Assembly (NCBI GenBank): GCA_963931165.1
Contig: OZ006985.1
Location: 975,900 to 1,039,899, forward strand
DNA: 64,000 bases
Reading direction: 5' to 3'
Source of the DNA: an uncultured Christensenellaceae bacterium
Lineage (GTDB): Bacteria > Bacillota > Clostridia > Christensenellales > UBA3700
The translations under genes and the position numbers were made by a program. Below, piece by piece: positions 1 through 9,767 of this stretch (its first letter is position 1; each line of letters opens with the position of its first letter). The notes under the pieces were generated by a model. It had not been told where the DNA came from and ran no database searches. It saw nothing but the letters and a program-made list of their open reading frames with translations.

Positions 1-1
1 T

Positions 2-2086
2 ATGTGGAACGGCGTCGATGCCGCCGCCGGATATCAAATCAAGCTGGTCAAGGACGGCGTGCAGGTATCGGTCGAGCCGCTCGCAAGCAACTTGCGCAGT
101 TTCGGCTACGCATTTGAGGAGGTCGGCGTCTACGAGATCTCCGTCAAGGCGACTGCGGATCCCAATGACGCCACATACAGCGACTCGGCTTACAGTAAAC
201 CTGTCAGGGTGGAAAGACTTGCGGCTCCGACAAGGGCGGCGAGCAACTTCATCGTCAGCGATCCCAATTCGGTCGCAAAGGGCTTCACGGTTGCATTTGT
301 CGGAGTCAACGGAGCGACATCGTATCAGCTTTCTAAAGACGGCGTTCCTGTTGCAAATACCACCGGGAGTACGATCACGGACGGCAACGTCGTATTGAGT
401 GATGTTGCAACCGAACAGCACTACACATACAGATTGCGCAGCATGGGCGGAGTCAGAAATGTATCAGGTACTACATATGTCACTCTGTCGTGTTTGACCG
501 CGGATGCGCTGAGTTTCGACATTACCGTTTCCGCGATGCCCACCGGTTTGACAATGGCGGGATTCAATGCGTCGTGGGATCCTGTTTCGGGCAGCTATTG
601 CGTGTCTTACGGTGGTAATACGATCACCGCAAACAGCGAAACTCTCGATATGTCGACGATTGCGCCCGGTACATACAACGTCGCAGTTTGCGCTCGCGGC
701 AACGGTTCCGATGTGCTTGCATCAAACTACACGGCTCCCATTACGGTGACCAGACTCGATGCTCCGAAGAACATCCGTATCATAGCCAACGACGGCAACG
801 GCAAGTTGACTCATGATCCCGTGACATATGCGACAAGCTATTCCGCCTACATCGGATTGAGCAGCGAGGCGATCGATGAGACAAGTTGGGAGAACATGTA
901 CGATCTTGTGCAGACGAGCGGTACGGATGTCAGTTTGACTGCCAATGCCAATATGTACAACGACGATAAGACGATATACTATATGACCTCGCCTCTGTCC
1001 CCCACGATGAGGTTTGTCAGATTGGCAGCTCCATCGTTTGAAGACGGCGCACTTTCGTCCAATTCTTCTTTGGTTTGGAAACCGAGTGGAAACATCAATA
1101 CGTCCGAATATACGCCGACATACAGCTTGAAGATCAACAATCTCGATCAGACGGTCAGCAACGGAACCAGCCTTTCGCTCGAAGGACTTGATGCGGGCAC
1201 CTATACCATCACCGTCAAGGCGATCGGCAATGAAGTCAAGTATCTTGACAGTGAAGAGTCTTTGGCGATCTCGTTCAGAAAGATCGCCGTTCCGCAAATG
1301 AGCGTGGATAAGGACGGTTATCATTGGTCAAACGATTCCGATGCGGTTTCGTTCACTCTCGAGATAGACGGAGTGCGTGTTGCGGACGCATTGACCGTGG
1401 ACGGCAAAAATTACAGCTATAAGCCGAGATATACGACAAAAGGCGAACATATCGTCAAGTTGACAGCGGTCGGCAACGGCGTCGACACTGTCAGCAGCGA
1501 TCCCTATGTCTATACACAGGTAGCGCAATTCTTGACTATGCCCACGATAGAATACGCATACAGCAGCCCCTATGGCTATGTCGACGGAGGCAGTGTTACC
1601 GTGACCGTAACGTCGCCCGATCAAAACGCGAGCGGATATCTTTATGACGTTTACGGAGCGTCCGAGACTTCGACGCAAAAGACGTTTACCAAGACCATAG
1701 GTGCTCCCGGCACGGTCAATATCAAAGTCAAGACGTTGGGTGGGACAATAGACGATAACGATATCTACTACATCGACTCGGTCTTTACGCAGACGTATTC
1801 GATAGTGCTGCTTTCCGCTCCGAATACAGACGGCTTTAAATTCAACGGCAACGGACAATTCTTGTGGAACACCGTACAAAATGCCAGTGGATACGATTAT
1901 CAGTTGTCTTTTGACGACGGCAAAAGTTGGCAGGCACAGGTCCATGTCGGGGGAAATGCTTCGGACAAGATATCAAATTATGCCGATTACGAGACCATCA
2001 CCATCAAGGTGAGAGCCTCCGGCTCCGGTTCAAATAAGATTTCGTCCGAATGGGTGACGTGGACTTGGGACAACCCAAATAAATGA
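2..2086 (+). CDS. Secreted/cell-surface repeat protein, C-terminal part (5' end lies outside the window); about 7 tandem ~88-aa Ig/FN3-like modules
   Basis: ORF is open to the window edge. Modules begin with W-x-x-V-x-x-A-x-G-Y-like strands (WNGVDAAAGYQI, ASWDPVSGSYCV, FLWNTVQNASGYDY) and are joined by RLAAP/RLDAP/RLAAP/KIAVP/LLSAP linkers. Composition is Thr/Ser/Asn/Gly-rich with no catalytic motif. Confidence 0.6.
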   Translation: MWNGVDAAAGYQIKLVKDGVQVSVEPLASNLRSFGYAFEEVGVYEISVKATADPNDATYSDSAYSKPVRVERLAAPTRAASNFIVSDPNSVAKGFTVAFVGVNGATSYQLSKDGVPVANTTGSTITDGNVVLSDVATEQHYTYRLRSMGGVRNVSGTTYVTLSCLTADALSFDITVSAMPTGLTMAGFNASWDPVSGSYCVSYGGNTITANSETLDMSTIAPGTYNVAVCARGNGSDVLASNYTAPITVTRLDAPKNIRIIANDGNGKLTHDPVTYATSYSAYIGLSSEAIDETSWENMYDLVQTSGTDVSLTANANMYNDDKTIYYMTSPLSPTMRFVRLAAPSFEDGALSSNSSLVWKPSGNINTSEYTPTYSLKINNLDQTVSNGTSLSLEGLDAGTYTITVKAIGNEVKYLDSEESLAISFRKIAVPQMSVDKDGYHWSNDSDAVSFTLEIDGVRVADALTVDGKNYSYKPRYTTKGEHIVKLTAVGNGVDTVSSDPYVYTQVAQFLTMPTIEYAYSSPYGYVDGGSVTVTVTSPDQNASGYLYDVYGASETSTQKTFTKTIGAPGTVNIKVKTLGGTIDDNDIYYIDSVFTQTYSIVLLSAPNTDGFKFNGNGQFLWNTVQNASGYDYQLSFDDGKSWQAQVHVGGNASDKISNYADYETITIKVRASGSGSNKISSEWVTWTWDNPNK

Positions 2087-2104
2087 CCCGGTGGCTGATC
2101 GAAG

Positions 2105-2899
2105 ATGAGTAACTTTGTCAGATTGCTGATAGAATATTGCTTGCAGATGGCGTTCACATTGGGAATAGTGTTTCTGTTCGGCAAGGTGATCGCCCTCTGC
2201 AACGGAGGCTTTTACAACGCGCTCGGTTCAAAGGGAAGAGCTGTGTGTTACGCCACAGGCTTTATCGGGACGCCGATACATGAATCGGCACATGCGCTGA
2301 TGTGCCTTGTTTTCGGCCATAAGATCGTCGAAATCAAATTCTTTCAAATGAATTCGTCGGATGGGACACTTGGCTATGTGTCGCACAGCTACAATCCCAA
2401 GAACCTGTGGCAAAGGCTTGGCAATCTTTTTATAGGTGTTGCGCCGATTTTGGTCGGAGCCGGGGTGCTGTGTCTGCTGCTGTACTTGATGTTGCCCGAA
2501 ATGTTTACGAAAGTGATCGACATATTGATCAATATCGACATAGGAGGCGAGCCAATTGGAGCATTGAAGTCGATCGGCAAATCGTTTGCGGTGATGTTTG
2601 GATATATCGATCATTGGCAGTGGTGGCTCTTTTTGCTTGTCGGTAGCTTTATTGCGTTGCATATGACGCTGAGCGACGCCGACACTAAAGGCGCGTTGAG
2701 CGGAGTAATCTTCTTTTTGATCATTTTTCTTGTCGTTGACGTGCTCTTGATATTGATCAACCCGGCGCTGTTGTCCAAGTTTACCGGTGGCATCTCGGTC
2801 TTCGGCAACTTTATGATTTTCTTCTTTTGCATTTTTTTGGTCATTGCGCTGACTTTGCTGTGTATAGCCAAAATTCTAGCAAAAGTATTGCATTTTTGA
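2105..2899 (+). CDS. Polytopic membrane protein with HExxH motif (peptidase M50B-like / DUF3267-like putative zinc metalloprotease)
   Basis: 264-aa ORF with several hydrophobic helices. Motif PIHESAHALMCLVFGHKIVEIKF resembles the HExxH...G..v.i core of M50B-like proteins. Confidence 0.5.
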   Translation: MSNFVRLLIEYCLQMAFTLGIVFLFGKVIALCNGGFYNALGSKGRAVCYATGFIGTPIHESAHALMCLVFGHKIVEIKFFQMNSSDGTLGYVSHSYNPKNLWQRLGNLFIGVAPILVGAGVLCLLLYLMLPEMFTKVIDILINIDIGGEPIGALKSIGKSFAVMFGYIDHWQWWLFLLVGSFIALHMTLSDADTKGALSGVIFFLIIFLVVDVLLILINPALLSKFTGGISVFGNFMIFFFCIFLVIALTLLCIAKILAKVLHF

Positions 2900-2903
2900 G
2901 GTA

Positions 2904-2940
2904 TACTGCCGCGCGTGTAATGCGTGCGGCAGTATTATTT
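2904..2940 (+). terminator. Rho-independent terminator after the membrane metalloprotease-like gene
   Basis: Stem TACTGCCGC/GCGGCAGTA (2904-2912 / 2926-2934) followed by TTATTT. Confidence 0.6.
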
Positions 2941-3174
2941 GTGTGAGTGGAACGTCAAGTTAAGCGCAATACGTTCTGCAATTCATTTCAAACGATTCAG
3001 CGAGGAATGAAGTTTAGCGTTCTCTTGGGGTTGCTGCTTGTTTTTGTGGTATTTTTGCGCAATAAATGTACTGTAAACCATTAAGCGATTTTGCCGCTTT
3101 TGCCCCTTTTCGGTTGCGCGGGCGGGCGCGTATGTGCTAATATTATACTCAACAGATCTGTTCGAGAGGTTTTT

Positions 3175-5436
3175 ATGATCAAAAAGATGAATCACGGCGT
3201 CTATCTCGTCGACGGCAAGCTGATCGACGGGGCGCAGGCAAAGGCGTACAACTTCACCGAGGACGCGCTTGCGGACGCCTACAAGGGCACGATGGCATAC
3301 TCGGTGCTCGCGGCGCACAATACGACGGGCGAGACCGCAAAGGGCAAGCTGCTGGGCATCAAGTTCGACGCGATGGCGTCGCACGACATCACCTATGTCG
3401 GCATCATTCAGACCGCAAAGGCGAGCGGGCTGCAAAAGTTCCCTCTGCCGTACGTTTTGACCAATTGCCACAACAGTCTCTGCGCTGTCGGCGGCACGAT
3501 CAACGAGGACGACCATGTCTTCGGGCTTTCGGCGGCGAAGAAGTACGGCGGCATCTTCGTGCCCCCGCATCAGGCGGTCATCCACACATATATGCGCGAG
3601 TGCATGAGCGGCTGCGGCAAGATGATCTTGGGCAGCGACAGCCACACCCGTTACGGCGCGCTCGGCACGATGGCGGTCGGCGAGGGCGGACCGGAGCTGG
3701 TCAAACAGCTTTTGAACCGCACTTATGACATCAAGTATCCCGACGTCGTCGCGATCAAATTGACCGGCAAGCCGCGCCACGGCGTAGGTCCGCAGGACGT
3801 CGCTCTCGCGATCATCGGCGCGGTGTTCAAGGACGGCTTTGTCAAGAACAAGGTCATGGAGTTTGTCGGCGACGGCATCAAGAATTTGCCCATCGAGTAC
3901 CGCAACGGCATCGACGTCATGACGACCGAGACGACGTGTTTGTCCAGCATTTGGCGCACGGACGACGACGAGGTCAAGAATTATTACGCGATCCGCGGCA
4001 GAATTGACGACTATCGTCCCATCGCGCCGGCGGCGCTTGCCTATTATGACGCGGCGGTCGAGGTCGACCTGTCAAAGGGCACGCCCAAGATCGCGCTGCC
4101 GTTCCACCCCAGCAACGTCTACGATCTCGAGGAGTTGATCGCAAACCCGTACGACGTGCTTTCCGAGGCGGAAAAGAAGGGCAGGGAGCTGCTCGGCAAT
4201 GACAAGCTCGACTTCTGTCTGACCGACAAGATCAAGGACGGCAAGGTGCATGTCGAACAGGGCATCGTCGCAGGCTGCGCGGGCGGAACATATGACAACA
4301 TCTTCGAGGTCGCGAGCATCATGAAGGGCGCGAGCGTAGGCAACGGTGCATTCACGATGAGCGTCTATCCTTCCAGCACCCCTATCTATTACGATCTGCT
4401 CAAAAAGGGCTGCATCGCCGAGCTCGTCGAGGCGGGCGTCAACGTCAAGACCGCGTTCTGCGGTCCCTGCTTCGGCGCGGGCGACGTCCCCAACAACGGC
4501 GCGCTCAGCATACGTCACACCACGCGTAACTTCGAATCGCGCGAGGGCAGCAAGCCGGGCGGCGGTCAGATCGCGTCGGTCGCGCTTATGGACGCGCGCT
4601 CCATTGCGGCGACTGCGGCGAACGGCGGCGTGCTGACCAGCGCGGCGCAGGTCGACTACGACGACGAGATCGCGCCGTTCGAGTACGACCCCAAGATCTA
4701 TGAGCGCCGCATCTACAACGGCTGGACTAAGCCCGCCGAGAGCGAGCCTCTCCACTACGGTCCCAACATCAAGGATTGGCCCGAGGTCATTCCGCTGACA
4801 GACAATCTGATCGTCAAATTCGCCGCGGTCATCCACGATCCGGTGACGACGACGGACGAGCTGATCCCGTCGGGCGAGACGTCGAGTTATCGCTCCAATC
4901 CGCTCAAACTCGCCGAGTTCGCGCTTTCGCGCAAGGTGCCCGAGTATGTGGGCAGGGCAAAGGCGATCGCCGCGGACGAAAAGGCGCTCGAAAAGGGCGG
5001 CGAACTGTCCGGCGAATATGCGGCGGCGGTCAAGGCGAGCGGGCTCAAACTCGAGGGCAGCGTGTCCATCGGCAGCGGCGTATACGCGATCAAGCCGGGC
5101 GACGGCAGCGCGCGCGAACAGGCGGCGAGCTGTCAACGTGTGCTCGGCGGAGCGTGCAACGTCGCCAAGGAATATGCGACCAAGCGCTATCGCAGCAACC
5201 TGATCAATTGGGGCATGCTCCCCTTCCTTTCGGAAGACGATTTTGCAGACGGCGAGATCGTGATCGTCCCCGGCGTCAAGGCGGCGGTCGCTTCGGGTGC
5301 GACGGAGTTCGCGGCGAAGGCGGTCGCGGACGGCAAGGTGAGAGACATCACTTTGCGTATGGAGCCTCTGACAGAGTCCGAGCGCGAGATAGTGCTTGCG
5401 GGCTGTCTGATCAACTACTACAAGTCGGGCAAGTGA
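3175..5436 (+). CDS. Aconitase-family Fe-S hydro-lyase (putative aconitate hydratase)
   Basis: Start moved to ATG 3175 ([10 protein letters not shown]) behind GAGAGG. Contains [11 protein letters not shown] and [10 protein letters not shown] cluster-ligand motifs. About 750 aa, typical of clostridial aconitases. Confidence 0.75.
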   Translation: MIKKMNHGVYLVDGKLIDGAQAKAYNFTEDALADAYKGTMAYSVLAAHNTTGETAKGKLLGIKFDAMASHDITYVGIIQTAKASGLQKFPLPYVLTNCHNSLCAVGGTINEDDHVFGLSAAKKYGGIFVPPHQAVIHTYMRECMSGCGKMILGSDSHTRYGALGTMAVGEGGPELVKQLLNRTYDIKYPDVVAIKLTGKPRHGVGPQDVALAIIGAVFKDGFVKNKVMEFVGDGIKNLPIEYRNGIDVMTTETTCLSSIWRTDDDEVKNYYAIRGRIDDYRPIAPAALAYYDAAVEVDLSKGTPKIALPFHPSNVYDLEELIANPYDVLSEAEKKGRELLGNDKLDFCLTDKIKDGKVHVEQGIVAGCAGGTYDNIFEVASIMKGASVGNGAFTMSVYPSSTPIYYDLLKKGCIAELVEAGVNVKTAFCGPCFGAGDVPNNGALSIRHTTRNFESREGSKPGGGQIASVALMDARSIAATAANGGVLTSAAQVDYDDEIAPFEYDPKIYERRIYNGWTKPAESEPLHYGPNIKDWPEVIPLTDNLIVKFAAVIHDPVTTTDELIPSGETSSYRSNPLKLAEFALSRKVPEYVGRAKAIAADEKALEKGGELSGEYAAAVKASGLKLEGSVSIGSGVYAIKPGDGSAREQAASCQRVLGGACNVAKEYATKRYRSNLINWGMLPFLSEDDFADGEIVIVPGVKAAVASGATEFAAKAVADGKVRDITLRMEPLTESEREIVLAGCLINYYKSGK

Positions 5437-5966
5437 CAAAGGCGGAGATACGCGCCGAGATCAAAAGAAGGATCGCGGCGCTGACAAAAGAACAGAGACG
5501 AGAGGCGGCGCATTCCGTCGCGCGCAAACTTGCCGCGTTCGGATGGCATGGCAAGAGGATCATGCTGTACAACGCATTGCCCGACGAGGTCGACTTGACC
5601 GAGGCGGCAAAGTTGCTCGGCGAGGACAACGAGTTGTTTTACCCCGCGGTCGTCGGCGACGACATGTACGCCGTCCCGGAGGGCGCGCTGCACGCGGGCG
5701 CGTTCGGCATCCTCGAACCGCACGGCGCGCATTTGACCGCAAGCGAGGCGGCGCTCGACATCGTCGTCGTTCCGCTGAGGGCGTTCGACGCCGAGTGCAT
5801 GCGCCTCGGCAGAGGCAGGGGATATTACGACCGCTTTTTCCAAGGCGCCGCGCCGTCCAAGGTCGCGGTCGCGTTCGATCAACAGAGGGTGGACTGCGTT
5901 CCGACCGAGGCGCACGATGTGCCCGTGGACGCCGTGGTCACACCGTCGGAGATATATCGCAGATGA
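5433..5966 (+). CDS. 5-formyltetrahydrofolate cyclo-ligase
   Basis: GTG start overlaps the upstream stop (GTGA). Family motif [11 protein letters not shown] and the C-terminal DxxVDxVVTP pattern are present. Confidence 0.75.
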   Translation: MTKAEIRAEIKRRIAALTKEQRREAAHSVARKLAAFGWHGKRIMLYNALPDEVDLTEAAKLLGEDNELFYPAVVGDDMYAVPEGALHAGAFGILEPHGAHLTASEAALDIVVVPLRAFDAECMRLGRGRGYYDRFFQGAAPSKVAVAFDQQRVDCVPTEAHDVPVDAVVTPSEIYRR

Positions 5967-6994
5967 GGATCATCGGTGGCAAATTGAGGGGCAGGAAGCT
6001 GATCTCGCCGTCGGGCAGAGAGGTCAGACCCACGTCCGATATGGCAAAGCAGGGCATTTTCAACGTGTTGCAGTTCGACATCGAAGGCAGCCGGTTCGTC
6101 GACCTGTTCAGCGGCAGCGGAGCGATCGGCATCGAGGCGCTCAGCCGCGGCGCGGCGGAAGTCGTCTTTTGCGACAACGGCAGAGAGGGGATCACGCTCA
6201 CCAACGCCAACCTCAAATCGCTCAAAGAACTGAACGGCGCGAACTATCGCCTTGTCGCGCGCGATTGGCGCGACTGTCTGCGTTCGCTGAAAGGCAAGTG
6301 GAACTATATCTTCTGCGACCCGCCGTACGGCAGCGTCGACATCGCCGAGATAGCGGCGGCGGTCGCGCGCGCCGACCTGCTCGAAGAGGACGGCTGTCTC
6401 ATCTTTGAACACGACAGCGACGAAAAGTGCGCCGTGCCCGACGGATTCGAGCTTGCAAAGAGCCGCAAATACGGCAGGATCACGGTCGATTACTTTGTCC
6501 GCGCCGCGAAGATATGCGCGCTCACCGGCAGCTTCGACCCCTTTACGACAGGGCATCGCATGCTCGCCGAAGAGGCGGCGCGGCGATACGGCAAGGTCGT
6601 GGTCGTCGTCGCGATCAACGAAGCAAAACAAGGGCTGTTTTCGCTCAAAGAGAGGGCGGAGATCGCAAAGCTGTCGACAGAGGACATGCCGGACGTCACC
6701 GTGGAGATATGCTCGGGCATGGTCTGGGAGTTCTGCAAGGAGCGCGGCATAAAGACGATAGTGCGCGGCTGGCGCGACGCGGACGATCTCGCGTATGAGC
6801 GCGATATGGCGGACTTCAACCGCGACCACGGAGTGGAGACGGTGCTGATCGAGGCAAAGGACAAGTTCGCGGACATACACTCGCACACGGTGCGCGAATT
6901 GCTCGAAAGAGGCGAAGCCATCGACGGATACGTCGTCCCGGCGGCGGCGCAAAAAATAAAGGACATATACGAACGGACGAGGAGGAAAGTTTGA
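5963..6994 (+). CDS. rsmD-coaD: Fusion protein: 16S rRNA (guanine966-N2)-methyltransferase RsmD + phosphopantetheine adenylyltransferase CoaD
   Basis: ATG 5963 overlaps the upstream stop (ATGA). The N-terminal half has RIIGGxxRGRKL...RPTSDxxKxxIFN...DLFSGSGAIGIEALSRGA...DPPY (RsmD). The C-terminal half has LTGSFDPFTTGH...TIVRGWR (CoaD). There is no stop and no in-frame ATG/GTG/TTG at the junction VDYFVRAAKICALTGSFDP. Confidence 0.8.
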   Translation: MRIIGGKLRGRKLISPSGREVRPTSDMAKQGIFNVLQFDIEGSRFVDLFSGSGAIGIEALSRGAAEVVFCDNGREGITLTNANLKSLKELNGANYRLVARDWRDCLRSLKGKWNYIFCDPPYGSVDIAEIAAAVARADLLEEDGCLIFEHDSDEKCAVPDGFELAKSRKYGRITVDYFVRAAKICALTGSFDPFTTGHRMLAEEAARRYGKVVVVVAINEAKQGLFSLKERAEIAKLSTEDMPDVTVEICSGMVWEFCKERGIKTIVRGWRDADDLAYERDMADFNRDHGVETVLIEAKDKFADIHSHTVRELLERGEAIDGYVVPAAAQKIKDIYERTRRKV

Positions 6995-6995
6995 T

Positions 6996-7469
6996 ATGGA
7001 TATCCAAATAGAGAGAGTTCTCGACAAGCTCGAAGAGGAGATCAGAGGCGGCAAAAAGGCGCTTTTCGGCAACCTGCGCGCGGTCGACGACACCAAGTGT
7101 CTCGAATATATCGCGAGCATCCGCAACCTCTTGCCCAGCTCGATCACCGAGGCGAGAGTCATCCTTCAAGACAAGGACAACATCATCGGCGACGCCCACG
7201 ACAAGGCGCGCGACATCCTCAACAAGGCGCACTCGGAGGCGGAAAGGCTGGTCGCCGAAGACCGCATCGTCGACGAGGCGAGACGCCGCGCGAACGCGAT
7301 CTTGGACGACGCCGAAAGACGTGCGTCGGAGTTGTCCGCGAGCTGTTACCACGGCATCATGGACATGTTCGACAGCGCGGAGACCGACCTGCGCAACGCC
7401 TTGCAAAACATCGACAAGGGCAGACAGGCGCTTTACGACATGACGTCGGGCAGCCGCGGCGACAGGTGA
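6996..7469 (+). CDS. Hypothetical coiled-coil protein (DivIVA / ATPase-subunit-like helical protein)
   Basis: 157-aa ORF starting 1 nt after the coaD stop. Charged heptad-like sequence (EAERLVAEDRIVDEARRRANAILDDAERRA). No specific family recognised. Confidence 0.5.
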   Translation: MDIQIERVLDKLEEEIRGGKKALFGNLRAVDDTKCLEYIASIRNLLPSSITEARVILQDKDNIIGDAHDKARDILNKAHSEAERLVAEDRIVDEARRRANAILDDAERRASELSASCYHGIMDMFDSAETDLRNALQNIDKGRQALYDMTSGSRGDR

Positions 7470-8474
7470 TCAAAGGACAAGCGAAACAAGACATGCGAGC
7501 GAGATCGTGATCGCGGCTTGCGTTGCCTTTGTCAACGCGAAAAAGCCGATACGTATCCCGCAAACCGAACAAAACGACAACGATTGGACGGCGATCGCGA
7601 CGCCGCCGAAAGACAGCATTCCCGCAAGATAGGGGAGTGCTGTCTTTGCTTCAAGCCCGATCTCGGACAGCAGCTTGCAGCCGCGCGTCAGTTCGACGGC
7701 GCCCGCGGCGAGCGAGTTTGCGACGCGAGGGTCTTGTCCGAGGGCGGAGAGCAGCTTTGCGAGCGGAGAGGCGATCGCGCCGAGTATCCCCGTCGAGATC
7801 AGCAGGTCGATCGCGAGCCCGAACACCGCGATATATCCGCCGACCAGCGCGACCGAGAGTATCGAGTCGGTCATCGCGGAGGCGAGCACGTTGTCAGTGC
7901 ACGGCGGCACGAACGCCGCGCGGCGCATTGAAGTCTTGCGGCGGCGGTAGAGCAGTCCGTTGAGGAGCGCGCCCGCGACATGACACGCCAAAAGAGCGTA
8001 TCCGAGGCGCGGACTGCCGAACATCGCCGTCCCGACCGTTCCGACGACGAACAGCGGACCCGACGTCGACGCAAACGAGGAGATGCAACGCGCGTCCGCG
8101 CCGTCTATGACGCCCGCCTTGTAGAGGTCGCCCAAAAGCCGCGCCCCGACCGGATAGCCGGAAAGCAAGCTCATCAGACAGACATATCCGCCTATCGGCG
8201 GCGCGTTGTACAGCAGCGCGACGGGGCGGCGGAACAGGTCGCCTATCGCGCGCGCCGCGCCCAGCGAAGTCAATAATTTTGTAAAGAAGAAATAGGGCAA
8301 AAGCGCGGGCAGTACGCTTTGGACGAACATCCCGAGCGCGGAGTGCACGCTCGCGATACATTGTTTGGGATCGACGGCGAGCGCGATCGTCAGCGCGCAT
8401 ATCAGCGCGTTGACCGCGACGAGTTTGGGGTTGGACGCCAGCGCGCGAAAAAACCGTGTTTTGACCACGGTCAA
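7470..8474 (-). CDS. ylbJ: Sporulation integral membrane protein YlbJ-like
   Basis: Polytopic membrane protein resembling B. subtilis YlbJ (VLPALLPYFFFTKLL..., SGYPVGARL). The start is uncertain: TTG 8474 or GTG 8468 are the only candidates between the upstream gene stop (8507) and the conserved N-terminus. The upstream Arg-rich part of the track ORF is rejected. Confidence 0.6.
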   Translation of the reverse strand: MTVVKTRFFRALASNPKLVAVNALICALTIALAVDPKQCIASVHSALGMFVQSVLPALLPYFFFTKLLTSLGAARAIGDLFRRPVALLYNAPPIGGYVCLMSLLSGYPVGARLLGDLYKAGVIDGADARCISSFASTSGPLFVVGTVGTAMFGSPRLGYALLACHVAGALLNGLLYRRRKTSMRRAAFVPPCTDNVLASAMTDSILSVALVGGYIAVFGLAIDLLISTGILGAIASPLAKLLSALGQDPRVANSLAAGAVELTRGCKLLSEIGLEAKTALPYLAGMLSFGGVAIAVQSLSFCSVCGIRIGFFALTKATQAAITISLACLVSLVL

Positions 8475-8506
8475 GTTTATGCGAAAAAGAAATTTTATAG
8501 AATTGA

Positions 8507-9637
8507 TTACAGAAAACGCGCGTTTTTCGCGAACGGCAGACAGACGGCTTCGAACAGCTCGTCGGCTCGCGCGGTGAGCGAAAAATCGTCGGAAAAAGAC
8601 AACAGGTCGCGCCTCGTCGTGCAGACCGCGGCCCGAATGCCGCCGAGCAGGGAGTCGGCGCTGTCCTTCTTTGCGGCGAGCACATTGACATAGCGCGGAA
8701 CGTCCGCGAGCAGGTCTGCATGAGAGAGCGTATTGCCGATCAGGACGTTGAGAGTCAGCCGTTTGAGCCGCGCCATCGGGTAGCGTTTGACCTTCGCGAG
8801 TTCGAGATAGTCGGACAGACAAGTCGCTTCGGATGCGGCGCGGCGCAGTCTGTCGGACAGCCCTTCGCGGTCGTCGTGAACGCCGCTTTGGGCGTGCGGG
8901 ACAAGGTATTTGATCAGCGCGAACAGTTTCTCGTCTCTTGCGGCGAACGAGGACGAAAAGTCGGCGATCGAACGCGCGACAAAGTCGGGGACGGAGGAGG
9001 AGACATCCTTGCCCGCAAGCGCGTCTTTGCGTACTTGCGACGAGGTCGGGGCGAGGCGTTCGTCAAAGCCGGGGCGTGCGGTCGTGTCATATGAAATTTT
9101 CGTACCCGTGTCGATTATTGCCTTGATATATTCAATGCCGAGCACATTGTTCGGGGCATCGATGACCTGCGCGGCGGCGCGCTCGCGAGCGGTCGAAGCA
9201 CAGGCGTTTGCCGCCGCCGAGAGCGCGGACGGGTAGTTCATCCCCGTCGCCATGAGCTGTGCGACCTCGGCGTTGACGGCGCTCGACGCGAGCAGTTTCG
9301 CCGCGTCTTTCAGAAGGTCGGCGTCGCCGCATTCGCTGCCGAACAGCAGCGTCGTATCCCCGCCGAGCGCGTTTGCGATCGCGACCGCACCGGCGGCGAA
9401 TTGAGGCGCGCCGGTCAATGTGTATTGCGCGGGCAGTTCGAGGACGAGGTCAGCGCCTGCGCGCACCGCGTGGACGGCGCGGGTGTATTTGTCGAGCAGC
9501 GCGAGCTCGCCGCGTTGGACGACGCTTCCGCTCATGATGCAGACGACGGCGTCCGCCCTCTCCCGAGCGAGAGAGAGCAGCCGGGCGTGCCCGTTGTGCA
9601 GAGGATTGAATTCGCAGACGATCGCGGCAAGTTTCAT
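8507..9637 (-). CDS. tmcAL: tRNA(Met) cytidine acetate ligase (YlbM/TmcAL family nucleotidyltransferase)
   Basis: N-terminus [17 protein letters not shown] (HxGH nucleotidyltransferase motif) and length of about 376 aa. Start set at ATG 9637. Confidence 0.75.
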   Translation of the reverse strand: MKLAAIVCEFNPLHNGHARLLSLARERADAVVCIMSGSVVQRGELALLDKYTRAVHAVRAGADLVLELPAQYTLTGAPQFAAGAVAIANALGGDTTLLFGSECGDADLLKDAAKLLASSAVNAEVAQLMATGMNYPSALSAAANACASTARERAAAQVIDAPNNVLGIEYIKAIIDTGTKISYDTTARPGFDERLAPTSSQVRKDALAGKDVSSSVPDFVARSIADFSSSFAARDEKLFALIKYLVPHAQSGVHDDREGLSDRLRRAASEATCLSDYLELAKVKRYPMARLKRLTLNVLIGNTLSHADLLADVPRYVNVLAAKKDSADSLLGGIRAAVCTTRRDLLSFSDDFSLTARADELFEAVCLPFAKNARFL

Positions 9638-9672
9638 TTTTGTTTTCCCTGCGCGCAAGTGCGCCAATCTTT

Positions 9673-9701
9673 TTGACAAATGCGCGCGACGAAGTTATAA
9701 T
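9673..9701 (+). promoter_or_regulatory. Sigma-A type promoter of pta-ackA (TTGACA-N17-TATAAT)
   Basis: Exact consensus hexamers at 9673-9678 and 9696-9701 with a 17-nt spacer, 66 nt upstream of the pta ATG. Confidence 0.65.
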
Positions 9702-9767
9702 GTTATCGTAATCATATTGTACACCAAAACGCCGCGGAAACAAAGCGTTTTGCGGGAAGGAGTAATT

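Noticed and set aside
2983-3081. 32-aa minus-strand ORF (MVYSTFIAQKYHKNKQQPQENAKLHSSLNRLK) in the spacer upstream of the aconitase gene.
   Set aside because: It has no Shine-Dalgarno sequence and no promoter-like elements, and it has the low-complexity composition expected from AT-rich non-coding DNA.
5543-5962. N-terminal 140-aa extension of the rsmD-coaD ORF. Comparable Arg-rich N-terminal extensions occur in the track ORFs for pta (9420), prfA (24613), anSME (31099), the MTHFS gene (4776) and ylbJ (to 8822).
   Set aside because: The extensions overlap the preceding real genes in another frame and are Arg/Gly-rich junk. Conserved N-termini with an SD or ATGA/GTGA coupling are found at the internal starts used in the feature table.
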